Assembly (NCBI GenBank): GCA_018696595.1 | Contig: JABHQW010000003.1 | Span: 1-64,000, forward strand | Length of the DNA stretch: 64,000 bases | Source: Candidatus Woesearchaeota archaeon | GTDB taxonomy: Archaea > Nanobdellota > Nanobdellia > Woesearchaeales > GW2011-AR9 | Direction of reading: 5' to 3' | Shown: in pieces, positions 37,561-46,751 of the stretch | How positions within the stretch are numbered: position 1 is the first letter of the stretch | Layout of the letters: every line of letters starts with the position of its first letter | Program-made: the position numbers and the translations under genes | Notes under the pieces: generated by a model | The model's input: only the letters and a program-made list of their open reading frames with translations | What the model was told of the DNA's origin: nothing | The model's database searches: none

Positions 37561-38975
37561 TAAGAACAATTATTCAAATTGCTAAATCAGCTGGGGAAAT
37601 CATTGAACAAGAAAAAAAAAATAAACATGAGGTTATGCTTAAAGAAGATAACAGCGTAGTTACAACAGTAGATTTGAAAGTTAACAATTTTATTATTTCT
37701 GAACTAAAGAAGTATTTCCCTGATAAAGAAATAATCAGTGAGGAACTAATCAGTATACCTACAAAAGATTCTTTCTTTATTATTGATCCGTTGGATGGGA
37801 CACAGGAATTCTTGAATTGCATTGATGAACCAGAAAAGTACACCGAGTATGCTGTCCAGATTGCTTATGTGGAAGACGGTTGTCCCATAATGGGTGTTGT
37901 TTATCAACCCGCTATTGATAAATTATATTACGCTGTTAAAAACAAAGGTGCTTTTTTGCAACAAGGAACTAGTATTAAGAGAATTTTTACAAAACAATCT
38001 AATCGTGTTGTTGTGGGTAGATATAATATTGATGAGGATCTAATAAAAATATTAAGCTCGAAATTCTCAAAAACCCTTTCCGAAGTTAGTCAGGTAGGAA
38101 GTTTCGGAATAAAAGTATGCCAAGTTGCTGAAGGTAAGTACAATTCTTTTGTTCATACTAATTTTGATAATAATAAAATTCATGCTTCTTTATGGGACTC
38201 TTCTGCTCCAGACATTATTCTTCGCGAAGCAGGTGGAAGATCATTTGAGATGAAAACTTTAGTGCCCATAGATTATTCTTCTAATAAAATAAACCTTACT
38301 CAGGGGTATATTGCCACTTCAAATAAAAGTAAAGTCATAATTGTTTTTGATGTTGATGGGGTTTTAGGAAACTTTGAGATCCTTAAAGAAAAGAGAGATG
38401 TTGCCCATATTACTGCAGTAGCTAATAATAATCTGATTAGTTTCCAAGAGGCTAAAAAGCTATTTATTACCACTAGGGAAAAACTAAGGGCTGTAGATCA
38501 GTTTTCTACTATTGATACAATGTTTCATCTTGGTATTAGTAAAGAAGAATTTTATAATATAATGAATTCAGTACCTATTGAAGGAGGGATTAGTTGTAAT
38601 CCTAACGCTAAAACAATATTACAGTACTTATCCAAAAATTGTACTTTAGTTGCTTTAACAAATACTCCTTACTTAGCAAATATTGAAACTTTAGACTATT
38701 TAAGATTATTAGAATATTTTGATAAAGTATATTCTATCGATAAATATAATTTTATTAAACCATCAGTGGAAATATTCGAGAGAATAAAGATGGATTTTGG
38801 GGCTGAGCAAGGCTATTCTATTGGTGATAATGCCCATAAAGATTTACTTCCTGCTAAGGAAGCAGGATTTAAAACTATTTTATTTGGAGATAAAAAAAAA
38901 GTAAGTGGTGTTGACTATAAAATAGATGATTTGGCTAAATTAAAAGAAATAATTAATCTAAAAAATGACAATTGA
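37557..38975 (+). CDS. CysQ/inositol-monophosphatase domain fused to a HAD hydrolase
   Basis: SEE, IDPLDGTQEF, WDSSA in the N-terminal part; FDVDG, ALTN, KP, IGDNAHKD in the C-terminal part. Confidence 0.85.
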   Translation: MIRTIIQIAKSAGEIIEQEKKNKHEVMLKEDNSVVTTVDLKVNNFIISELKKYFPDKEIISEELISIPTKDSFFIIDPLDGTQEFLNCIDEPEKYTEYAVQIAYVEDGCPIMGVVYQPAIDKLYYAVKNKGAFLQQGTSIKRIFTKQSNRVVVGRYNIDEDLIKILSSKFSKTLSEVSQVGSFGIKVCQVAEGKYNSFVHTNFDNNKIHASLWDSSAPDIILREAGGRSFEMKTLVPIDYSSNKINLTQGYIATSNKSKVIIVFDVDGVLGNFEILKEKRDVAHITAVANNNLISFQEAKKLFITTREKLRAVDQFSTIDTMFHLGISKEEFYNIMNSVPIEGGISCNPNAKTILQYLSKNCTLVALTNTPYLANIETLDYLRLLEYFDKVYSIDKYNFIKPSVEIFERIKMDFGAEQGYSIGDNAHKDLLPAKEAGFKTILFGDKKKVSGVDYKIDDLAKLKEIINLKNDN

Positions 38976-41655
38976 TGATAAAATTGAAGAAGAGTACGAT
39001 GTAAGTAAAGAATGTGATCTTAAAAGTATAATTCCAGAAGTTGAAGAACATAAGAAGAAACTTTCTCAAGAGCAATTAGGGGAATTTAATTCTTTAGAAT
39101 CCAAATTAAAGCCATTGACCATTAATAATCCAGATCATGCTCATCCGGGCAACTCAGAAGCTTTAAGAAAAATGGGCAATATTTTTTATGAGAATGAAAT
39201 ATCTAATGATATTGCTTCTCAGTATTATCATCTTGCTTTTGAAGAATATTCTTCTGATGCGAGAATACTTTGTAATCTCGGAATTATTGCTAAAGAAAAA
39301 AATGACTATGAAAAAGCAAAAGAATATTTATGGAAATCTCTTAATTGGAATAAAAGTTTGTGGTTAGCTCATGATGCTCTTACTGATATTCTTAGTGATG
39401 AAAATGATACAACTGGAATGGTCACTTGGATCAATAAATTTATTAATTCTGTTGGAGGTAAGGGGAGTATAATTCAACTAGCGGGGATGGTAGAAGATTC
39501 AGATTATGAAGAAGATAATATTCTTTATCAATCATATGACGCATTAGAGGTTCTTGTTTCTGCAGATTATGGTGAAAGATTTGATGGTTACGATGTTTGC
39601 AAATTAATCCTTTCGGGGATAAATCCTCAACTTGCTAGTCAATATAATGGTCGTTTTGGTGCTTTGGATATTGTTAATTTACATAAAGCAGATTGTTCTC
39701 CAGAAAAAGCTAACACTTACGACGTTCGTTTTGGAGGCTTAGATATTGCACATCTAAAAATGGCAAGAGTAAAGAATGAAGAAGCAATTATTTATCCTGA
39801 ACATTTTGATGGTAGTTGTATATCTGCTTTAGTTCATGAGAATATTTCTCCAGAAGTTGCTGGTTCATATGGCGAGCCTTTAATGCCAACATACTTGAAT
39901 AAAGGATATTCTGGAACAAGCATTACCTGTTTTGTAAAATATGGTCTTAATGATAAAGATGTTAAAGATTATGGTGAACTTCCAAGTTCGGTAATTTGTT
40001 TATTGGTTGAAAATGGAATCTCAGCTGAACAATATAGACCTTATGGAGAAAAATTTGTAGATACAGAAAAGTGGCATAAAGTAGATTGGAAATCTTTAAT
40101 AAAATTGATTAATCGTGCTAAAAACTATGAAGAGATTGCTGAATATGATTCTTCTTTGGGTCTTGATGATATTATTCAACTAAATTACAATTCAATATCC
40201 TCTTCACTTGCTAACCAATATCACGGATTTAACGGTTCACAGATTTCTCGTTTAGTTGAATACAAGATTGAACCAGAAAAGATTCCTGAATATTCAGAAC
40301 GATTTGATAAAGAGGATATATCGTGGTTAGCTAGTTTTAATGTTTCTTCAGAATTTGCAGAAAAATTTGATCCAAGGTTTAAAGGTAATGATATTATCAA
40401 TTTAAAAGATGTGTATTCGCCAGAGATCACTCAATACAATGCTAAAATTCCTGCTATTATAATTAGGGCATTAATTAAAAATAATGTTTCACCTGAAAAA
40501 GCTGAGGAATATTTGAAACATTGGAACGAGTGGGAATTAATTGGGGTTTTTGATGTTCCTTTTGATATTGCTCGTAAATATAAAGAAAATAATGGTTTGC
40601 ACATTGGAAAAATGTATCGAAGCGGAATTATGCCTGAAGAAGCAAACAAATTTGATGATCGTTTTAGATCTGATGGTATTGTAGATTGTATTGAAGCAAA
40701 AGTTAGTCCAGAAATAGCTAATAGTTATCATGGGCGTTTTGATGAATATGGTGTTAGGCAATTAGTTGAGTTTAATTGTGATCCAAAGATTGCTAATACT
40801 TACGATGAGAGATTAAATGCTGAAGCTATTTTATTATTATCTAGCGTTGGTATTTTCCCAGGAATATTTAGTGAGAATTCTGAGATTTATTACAGTCTTT
40901 TAAAAGATATCACTCACTTTGAAGAAGATGATACTGATGATGATCAAGATAGTAATCTTTTAGGTGTTGGTTCACAAGGGATTGTGATTCTAAAGAATGA
41001 AAGTGCTTGGAAGTTTAGTCAGGATATTGATTATGAATATTCATTACTTAAAATGCTGGAGAATCCTAAGAATGTTATAGGGATAAAAAATAAACCAAAA
41101 AAAAGAGTTGCCTTGGAATTAGAATATGTTTCGGGCGACTCACTAAAAACGATTATGGGGAAAAAACTATTATCATTAGATAAAACATACCATTACTCAT
41201 TGGAAATATTTAACGGTCTTCAAGAACTTCGTCAAGCTGGGATTTATCAGCATCGTGATATTCGTCCAGCAAATATTATGGTTGACGAAGAAAAAGAAAG
41301 AGCAATAATAATTGATTTAGGAATTGCTACAACAGACCCATTAGATTTACCTAAAGATAACCGTAGATATGGCGGTCCAAACGATTTAGTTTCTCTTGGA
41401 CAAGTGATGTATAAAATGGCTACTGGCGAACATATTTTTGCTGAATCTGAATCTATGGAAAGAACTATTTACGCAGACAAGTTAAAAGATCATCGTGATT
41501 GGATTTACGAGGAAGATAAGAGATTAGGACCATATCTTAGAATAGTTAATGAAACTGTTACAGATGATAAAGTGGCAGATTTAATAAAATTATGTCTGAC
41601 GGCAAAAGGTACAGAAGAAGATTATCAGAGATTAGAAGAGAGATTTGCAACATAA
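38965..41655 (+). CDS. TPR + tandem-repeat protein with C-terminal Ser/Thr kinase
   Basis: TPR-like helices, ~25-aa repeats, LGVGSQG, HRDIRPAN, IDLG. Confidence 0.8.
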   Translation: MTIDDKIEEEYDVSKECDLKSIIPEVEEHKKKLSQEQLGEFNSLESKLKPLTINNPDHAHPGNSEALRKMGNIFYENEISNDIASQYYHLAFEEYSSDARILCNLGIIAKEKNDYEKAKEYLWKSLNWNKSLWLAHDALTDILSDENDTTGMVTWINKFINSVGGKGSIIQLAGMVEDSDYEEDNILYQSYDALEVLVSADYGERFDGYDVCKLILSGINPQLASQYNGRFGALDIVNLHKADCSPEKANTYDVRFGGLDIAHLKMARVKNEEAIIYPEHFDGSCISALVHENISPEVAGSYGEPLMPTYLNKGYSGTSITCFVKYGLNDKDVKDYGELPSSVICLLVENGISAEQYRPYGEKFVDTEKWHKVDWKSLIKLINRAKNYEEIAEYDSSLGLDDIIQLNYNSISSSLANQYHGFNGSQISRLVEYKIEPEKIPEYSERFDKEDISWLASFNVSSEFAEKFDPRFKGNDIINLKDVYSPEITQYNAKIPAIIIRALIKNNVSPEKAEEYLKHWNEWELIGVFDVPFDIARKYKENNGLHIGKMYRSGIMPEEANKFDDRFRSDGIVDCIEAKVSPEIANSYHGRFDEYGVRQLVEFNCDPKIANTYDERLNAEAILLLSSVGIFPGIFSENSEIYYSLLKDITHFEEDDTDDDQDSNLLGVGSQGIVILKNESAWKFSQDIDYEYSLLKMLENPKNVIGIKNKPKKRVALELEYVSGDSLKTIMGKKLLSLDKTYHYSLEIFNGLQELRQAGIYQHRDIRPANIMVDEEKERAIIIDLGIATTDPLDLPKDNRRYGGPNDLVSLGQVMYKMATGEHIFAESESMERTIYADKLKDHRDWIYEEDKRLGPYLRIVNETVTDDKVADLIKLCLTAKGTEEDYQRLEERFAT
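39568..40860 (+). repeat. Protein-level ~25-aa tandem repeat array (YxxRFxxxDIxxLxxxxxSPExA)
   Basis: e.g. YGERFDGYDVCKLILSGINPQLASQ / YNGRFGALDIVNLHKADCSPEKANT / FDDRFRSDGIVDCIEAKVSPEIANS. Confidence 0.7.
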
Positions 41656-43395
41656 AAATGAAACTAGAAAGAATACTTGCGGAAACAGAACTGGCAAGAG
41701 ATTATCGAAGAATAATTAGATCGAATGATTTCTTAGGGGATAAAATAAAAGAAGCAGTTCAGAAAATTAGGGGTATTCATCAAGTTAAACGTTATTTAGG
41801 ACATGTTGATTTATTATCAAAAAAGTGGAGTGCTTATTTAGATGATCCTCCTGTTAATTATGGGATCGCTTTTGCTCATTATGCTTGGTTTAGTATGGAT
41901 TTGCCTTTTTACACTAGGGCTTTTTCTAAAGTAGAAGAAGAGTTTTCAGATGTCATTTCAGATATAATCCTTCAAGTGAATAAGAAAACTAATCATCTTT
42001 CTAAATTAGCTTACGTTTTTGAAACGCCGTATAATAAAAATTGGGGTAATACTTTGCCATATAAAAAACAACGTCAACAATACTTTTCTCTTCTACATAA
42101 ACTACAAGCTGTTGATCCAGATGTTATTGCCGATGCACATTATCTTCTTTCTTGTTTAATAAAGAATCAAGAAAAAGAATATCCTTTAGAAAAAATAGTG
42201 TCAAATATTTGTGAACTGGACAAATTGGGTGATGACCCCCATCTGAATTCATCCTCTGTCCAAGGGATGCCAGAAACTGTTAGATCACTTGCACAAACAT
42301 ATATTGAAGGTCTAAATTTTTTGGCAGGGCCAACATATATTAAAGAATTTGAAGAAGATTTAAATTTAAAAGACATACTTAATGACGATACAGTTGATTT
42401 ACATTTTGAAAAAGTAATCGCTTTTGCTAAAAAATGTGACTCTGTTTGTAATCAACGAAATCAATTAACAAACAACATAGATTATCTTGAATCTGTAGAA
42501 TATAAAGAGATAGATTCAAAAGCTGATAAGTACAATGGAATTGTTGGTGCTTTTGCAATGGGCCTTCCAATAATACAACAATTAAATCCAAGTGCCGTTG
42601 ATGATTATGTCCATACTGCTTCTGAAATGATAATTCGTGCTGTTGATATTAACAAAGTGGAATTAGCATTCAAAAGTTTAATTACCCATATGGGAGGTTA
42701 TAAATTAATATCTACGGGTATACGTTCAATTGTTGTTTTTTCTGGTGATTCTATCAGTAAGTTTTCATCAGACATCTCATATGAAGCAGAATTACATCAT
42801 AAATTAGAAAATCCAATAAATGTTGTTTCGGCAGTAAAAGAAAGCAATACTGAAATAACTTTAGAATTAAAATATATTCATGGTCACTCACTTGAAGAAT
42901 TAATGGATATTAATCAATTATCTTTAGATTTAATAAAGAAATATTCTTCAGGTATTTTCAACGGTCTTCAAGAACTTCGCCAAGTAGGGATTTATCAGCA
43001 TCGTGATATTCGTCCAGCAAATATTATGGTTGACGAAGAAAAAGAAAGAGCAATAATAATTGATTTAGGAATTGCTACAACAGACCCATTAGACCCCCCT
43101 AAAGATAACCGCAGATATGGCGGCCCAAACGATTTAGTTTCTCTCGGACAAGTGATGTATAAGATGGCTACTGGCGAACATATTTTTGCTGAATCTGAAT
43201 CTATGGAAAGAACGATTTACGCAGACGAGTTAAAAGATCATCGTGATTGGATTTATGGGGGAGATGAAAGGTTAGATCCATATCTTAGAATAGTTAATGA
43301 AACTGTTACAGATGATAAAGTGGCAGATTTAATAAAATTATGTCTGACGGCAAAAGGTACAGAAGAAGATTATCAGAGATTAGAGGAGAGGTTTG
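41212..43395 (+). repeat. Near-identical 436-bp kinase module in two adjacent genes (41212-41647 and 42960-43395)
   Basis: Manual alignment without gaps, roughly two dozen mismatches. Confidence 0.92.
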
Positions 43396-43409
43396 AAAAT
43401 ATTGTTTGA
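41658..43409 (+). CDS. Ser/Thr kinase-domain protein with unrelated N-terminal domain
   Basis: HRDIRPAN, IDLG; degenerate Gly loop; start moved to ATG 41658. Confidence 0.8.
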   Translation: MKLERILAETELARDYRRIIRSNDFLGDKIKEAVQKIRGIHQVKRYLGHVDLLSKKWSAYLDDPPVNYGIAFAHYAWFSMDLPFYTRAFSKVEEEFSDVISDIILQVNKKTNHLSKLAYVFETPYNKNWGNTLPYKKQRQQYFSLLHKLQAVDPDVIADAHYLLSCLIKNQEKEYPLEKIVSNICELDKLGDDPHLNSSSVQGMPETVRSLAQTYIEGLNFLAGPTYIKEFEEDLNLKDILNDDTVDLHFEKVIAFAKKCDSVCNQRNQLTNNIDYLESVEYKEIDSKADKYNGIVGAFAMGLPIIQQLNPSAVDDYVHTASEMIIRAVDINKVELAFKSLITHMGGYKLISTGIRSIVVFSGDSISKFSSDISYEAELHHKLENPINVVSAVKESNTEITLELKYIHGHSLEELMDINQLSLDLIKKYSSGIFNGLQELRQVGIYQHRDIRPANIMVDEEKERAIIIDLGIATTDPLDPPKDNRRYGGPNDLVSLGQVMYKMATGEHIFAESESMERTIYADELKDHRDWIYGGDERLDPYLRIVNETVTDDKVADLIKLCLTAKGTEEDYQRLEERFENIV

Positions 43410-43416
43410 AGATAGA

Positions 43417-44367
43417 CTAATGTGATTCGCTTTTATTTTTTCCTAGTTCTCTAATAATAGTGGCTCTAACAAAATCATTGATACAATCTAAAAATGGACT
43501 CACTTCATTAATTACTTTTAATTCATTTAAACCAAAATTAATATTTTCCATTCTTTTTATCAACTCGTACCTCTTATTGGTTAAGTTATGTTCCAAACTA
43601 CCTTTATGTAAGTGAAGAAAGTGTTCATAGACTAGTTCAAATATTTCTTGAAGAATATTTTTAACTCTTAGTGTGCAACCAAACCTAGCAGTTTTTTCTA
43701 CTAAATGTCTATATTTATCCATCATTTTATCAACAATCAGATATAAAGTGAATAATTGTGCCTTTTCTTCTTGACTTTTATCTGACTTATCTAAGACTCT
43801 CAGAAAATAAGTGATAAACTTACAAACATTATCATGGTAATCATAAGCATTTTCAGCATATAAATGGAAATCTTTTCCTATACTTTTTAAATATTCTTCC
43901 ATTACTTCTTTAAAAAGAAAAAATATTCTTTTTTCAATTATATTAATATTTTCTTCCTTATCTGTTAGGAAACAACGGAGTTCAGTCCTGTTCTTGGTTT
44001 GAGAAACTATTTCCATGCCAATGAAACGGGTAATCATTTTTTTTTTGATTAAAGATAAAATGTTAATGTTTTTATTATTTTTACCATCATAGATCTCAGG
44101 TTTAGAATACATAAGTGTGATTTTATTATAGTTGGTAATATATAATGTCTCCAAATATCTTCCCAGGATATGTTTATTAAAACCACTAATATCCAGCGTA
44201 ATCTTTTTTTCTTTCTCTTTTCTTTCTCCTAAAGAGAAATTAATTTCTTTTTCCCCTAAAGAGACGTCTAATTCATCTCCCTTAGAAACATTATTCTTTT
44301 TAACCCACTTGTTAGGCAAGGAAACCATTAACGTACTAGGACCAATTTGAGCTACTTTTCGCTTCAT
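43417..44367 (-). CDS. AbrB/MazE-type DNA-binding domain + PhoU-like regulator
   Basis: RKVAQIGPSTLMVSLPNKWVKK..KGDEL N-terminus; helical PhoU-like C-terminus. Confidence 0.75.
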   Translation of the reverse strand: MKRKVAQIGPSTLMVSLPNKWVKKNNVSKGDELDVSLGEKEINFSLGERKEKEKKITLDISGFNKHILGRYLETLYITNYNKITLMYSKPEIYDGKNNKNINILSLIKKKMITRFIGMEIVSQTKNRTELRCFLTDKEENINIIEKRIFFLFKEVMEEYLKSIGKDFHLYAENAYDYHDNVCKFITYFLRVLDKSDKSQEEKAQLFTLYLIVDKMMDKYRHLVEKTARFGCTLRVKNILQEIFELVYEHFLHLHKGSLEHNLTNKRYELIKRMENINFGLNELKVINEVSPFLDCINDFVRATIIRELGKNKSESH

Positions 44368-44513
44368 AATTCCAATAATCTCGGATAATATTTAAACTTT
44401 TCGGAAAATTATAATATTATAATGCATTATTATAATATAATCATTAAATATATATTCCTCTTTAAGTTTACTAATAGTTAAGAACGGAACAATTTCCGTT
44501 TGGAGGCAAAAAA

Positions 44514-44936
44514 ATGAAAAAACATATGGTTGAAAAAGATGGGATTTATGGTGCATTAATTATGGCTGCAAAGAACCCTAATACAGATTCTTCAAAGAAT
44601 CTAGCAAAAGCGGGATTGAACTTTCAGTATAAGAAAAATCAAATCATGGAACAATATGTAATACCTGTTAATGGTGGGATATATCAAGTTCAAGTATTAG
44701 ATTTCTTAGGTGATCAATATGGACTTGAAGGAGTAATGGCTATGGGTGTAAATACTAATGGGGATGAAATGAACAATGTGTTGGATTTTCTCTTAACTAC
44801 AGCAGGGATTGTACCTTTAGATCAAGAAGTATTTAATGGCAATCCATTAAAAGAAAAATACACTGAAGTACTTGAAAAAATGGTTACTGATTATGCAAAT
44901 ACTTTGGTAATTAATACACCAGACACAGTGAATTAA
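44514..44936 (+). CDS. Hypothetical protein
   Basis: GGAGG RBS; abuts the Lrp gene. Confidence 0.65.
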   Translation: MKKHMVEKDGIYGALIMAAKNPNTDSSKNLAKAGLNFQYKKNQIMEQYVIPVNGGIYQVQVLDFLGDQYGLEGVMAMGVNTNGDEMNNVLDFLLTTAGIVPLDQEVFNGNPLKEKYTEVLEKMVTDYANTLVINTPDTVN

Positions 44937-44937
44937 A

Positions 44938-45375
44938 ATGAATCCAAAAACCTTACAACTCTTGATGCATTTAAGAGAGAACTCTAGAGAGAAGCTTACA
45001 AGTATTAGTAAAAAAACTAATATCCCGATCTCTACCCTCTTTGATCTGTTGAAAGAGTTGCAGGGGGGTTTAATTCTCAAAAGTACTGTTTTATTAGATT
45101 ATTCTAAGTTGGGTTATCATGCTAGAGCAAAAGTGTTTCTGAAAGTAAGTAATGAGAATAAAGAGAAATTAAAAAACCACTTGAACTTAAATCCCAATGT
45201 GAACACAATTTACAAAATTAATAATGGGTGGAGTTTTTTAATTGAAACTGTACATAAGAATATTAAAGAATTAGATATTTTTCTGGAGAAGTTAGAAGAT
45301 AATTATAATATTGAAAACAAACAAATTCATTATTTAATTGATGAAGTTAAAAGAGAAGGTTTTGTGGTTGATTGA
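44938..45375 (+). CDS. Lrp/AsnC family regulator
   Basis: LRENSREKLTSISKKTNIPISTLFD HTH; LLDYSKLGY linker. Confidence 0.8.
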   Translation: MNPKTLQLLMHLRENSREKLTSISKKTNIPISTLFDLLKELQGGLILKSTVLLDYSKLGYHARAKVFLKVSNENKEKLKNHLNLNPNVNTIYKINNGWSFLIETVHKNIKELDIFLEKLEDNYNIENKQIHYLIDEVKREGFVVD

Positions 45376-45384
45376 ATATTAAAT

Positions 45385-46593
45385 TCATTTAATCTCTTTA
45401 TATCCTAAAACCTGGTTTTCTTTATCTCTTAATTCAACATATTTTTCTGGTTCTCTAGCTATGTCATACCAGAATCTTACTCTGCTGAATCCGTTCTTTG
45501 CTTTTCCATTACATCTAATTACGCCCATTCCAGCCCAAGGAACTGGCTGTGTTTTTTTGTTTACCAAATGAATCCCTAATTGTCCACTTTTTGGATGAAC
45601 TGTTCCTCTTAGATGTTCAGAAAAATACTTCTCCAAAACCTTTAATTCTCTAAGTGTATAATTTAAAGCTAAGTATCCTACAGTAAAGTCTTCAATATTT
45701 TGATCTATAACTTCTCTTCTTTCATCTTTACTTATGTTTTCCCCATATACTAAATCATGAAAATAATCAAACTCTTCTTGAGTTGATTCTCCATGAACTG
45801 GAACAAAGTTATTGCCAACAAGTGTGTCTAAATTTAGATTTCTTTTTGAATTTCTAGCCAACTCACAAACTTCTGGTTTTTTTCTTATGGTTTCCCATGA
45901 TGCATGAAGATTACTCAAATGCTTTTTATAACAATCATCCCACTGACTTTTAAATGGAGATACTAGATCCTCTATAATATCATATACTTTAATTGGTGCC
46001 TTTAGGTGTTTTATAATTTCCTTTAATTCATCACGATAATTTCTTGCACAACTTTTATCAACACCAAATAAATCAGAATATAGTATCCCATCACTTGCAA
46101 TTATTATTTCTACTCCTGGTTCATAAACTCTTTGTATAGAATCAGAAATTCCCGATAATTGGGTCACTGAAGCAATCTCAGCTAAACCCGCAATTCTTGA
46201 ATTGTTCCGTAAAGGATTTGGTAACTTAAATGGAAATGAAGGGATAATAATTTTTATAGGTTCATTAGATGAGATTGAATTATTAAAATTATTGATGAAA
46301 TATTCTTTGCTTTCAGTTAAATTACATGCAGGGCCATTTCTAATCCTCTGATTTAAAAATATGGAAAGAATCTTTTCAGCTAAGTTTCCATTGTATTTAC
46401 GTGCATTATTTCCTATTGATTCATAAATACATTTATGTAATTCCTTCCATTCTGAATAATCAAAATTTTCAATTTGTTTTATCTCAATCTCTTTTTTCTC
46501 AGATAGCTTGCCTAATGATTTTCTAAAAAAGAATTCTGGTTCAGCGACTGTACTCATTATTACTCTTTCATCAAATTGTTTTGCTAATGTCAT
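45385..46593 (-). CDS. PvcA/Dit1-family isocyanide (isonitrile) synthase homologue
   Basis: IPSFPFKLPN, LAE, VYEPGVEIIIASDGILYSDLFGV, LRGTVHPKSGQLG, PW motifs match the remembered family pattern. Confidence 0.8.
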   Translation of the reverse strand: MTLAKQFDERVIMSTVAEPEFFFRKSLGKLSEKKEIEIKQIENFDYSEWKELHKCIYESIGNNARKYNGNLAEKILSIFLNQRIRNGPACNLTESKEYFINNFNNSISSNEPIKIIIPSFPFKLPNPLRNNSRIAGLAEIASVTQLSGISDSIQRVYEPGVEIIIASDGILYSDLFGVDKSCARNYRDELKEIIKHLKAPIKVYDIIEDLVSPFKSQWDDCYKKHLSNLHASWETIRKKPEVCELARNSKRNLNLDTLVGNNFVPVHGESTQEEFDYFHDLVYGENISKDERREVIDQNIEDFTVGYLALNYTLRELKVLEKYFSEHLRGTVHPKSGQLGIHLVNKKTQPVPWAGMGVIRCNGKAKNGFSRVRFWYDIAREPEKYVELRDKENQVLGYKEIK

Positions 46594-46624
46594 GAGTATT
46601 AATTTGATGACAATATAAAAGTGT

Positions 46625-46720
46625 ATTTCTACAGAAAAACCGTAATATTTCCGAGCGATTTAAATGGATATAAGAAGAATAACATTCTATTCGTAAATTA
46701 TCCGAGAAGTCTGTAGAAAT
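46625..46720. promoter_or_regulatory. Symmetric divergent promoter with two palindromic boxes and an 11-bp inverted repeat
   Basis: ATTTCTACAGA (46625-46635)/TCTGTAGAAAT (46710-46720); boxes at 46641-46653 and 46692-46704. Confidence 0.6.
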
Positions 46721-46751
46721 GTTTATTAAATGATTAGAATATTAATGTTAT

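Noticed and set aside
41212-43395. Diversity-generating retroelement (TR/VR pair)
   Set aside because: Mismatches are not restricted to adenines, both copies lie in intact genes, and no reverse transcriptase is in the window
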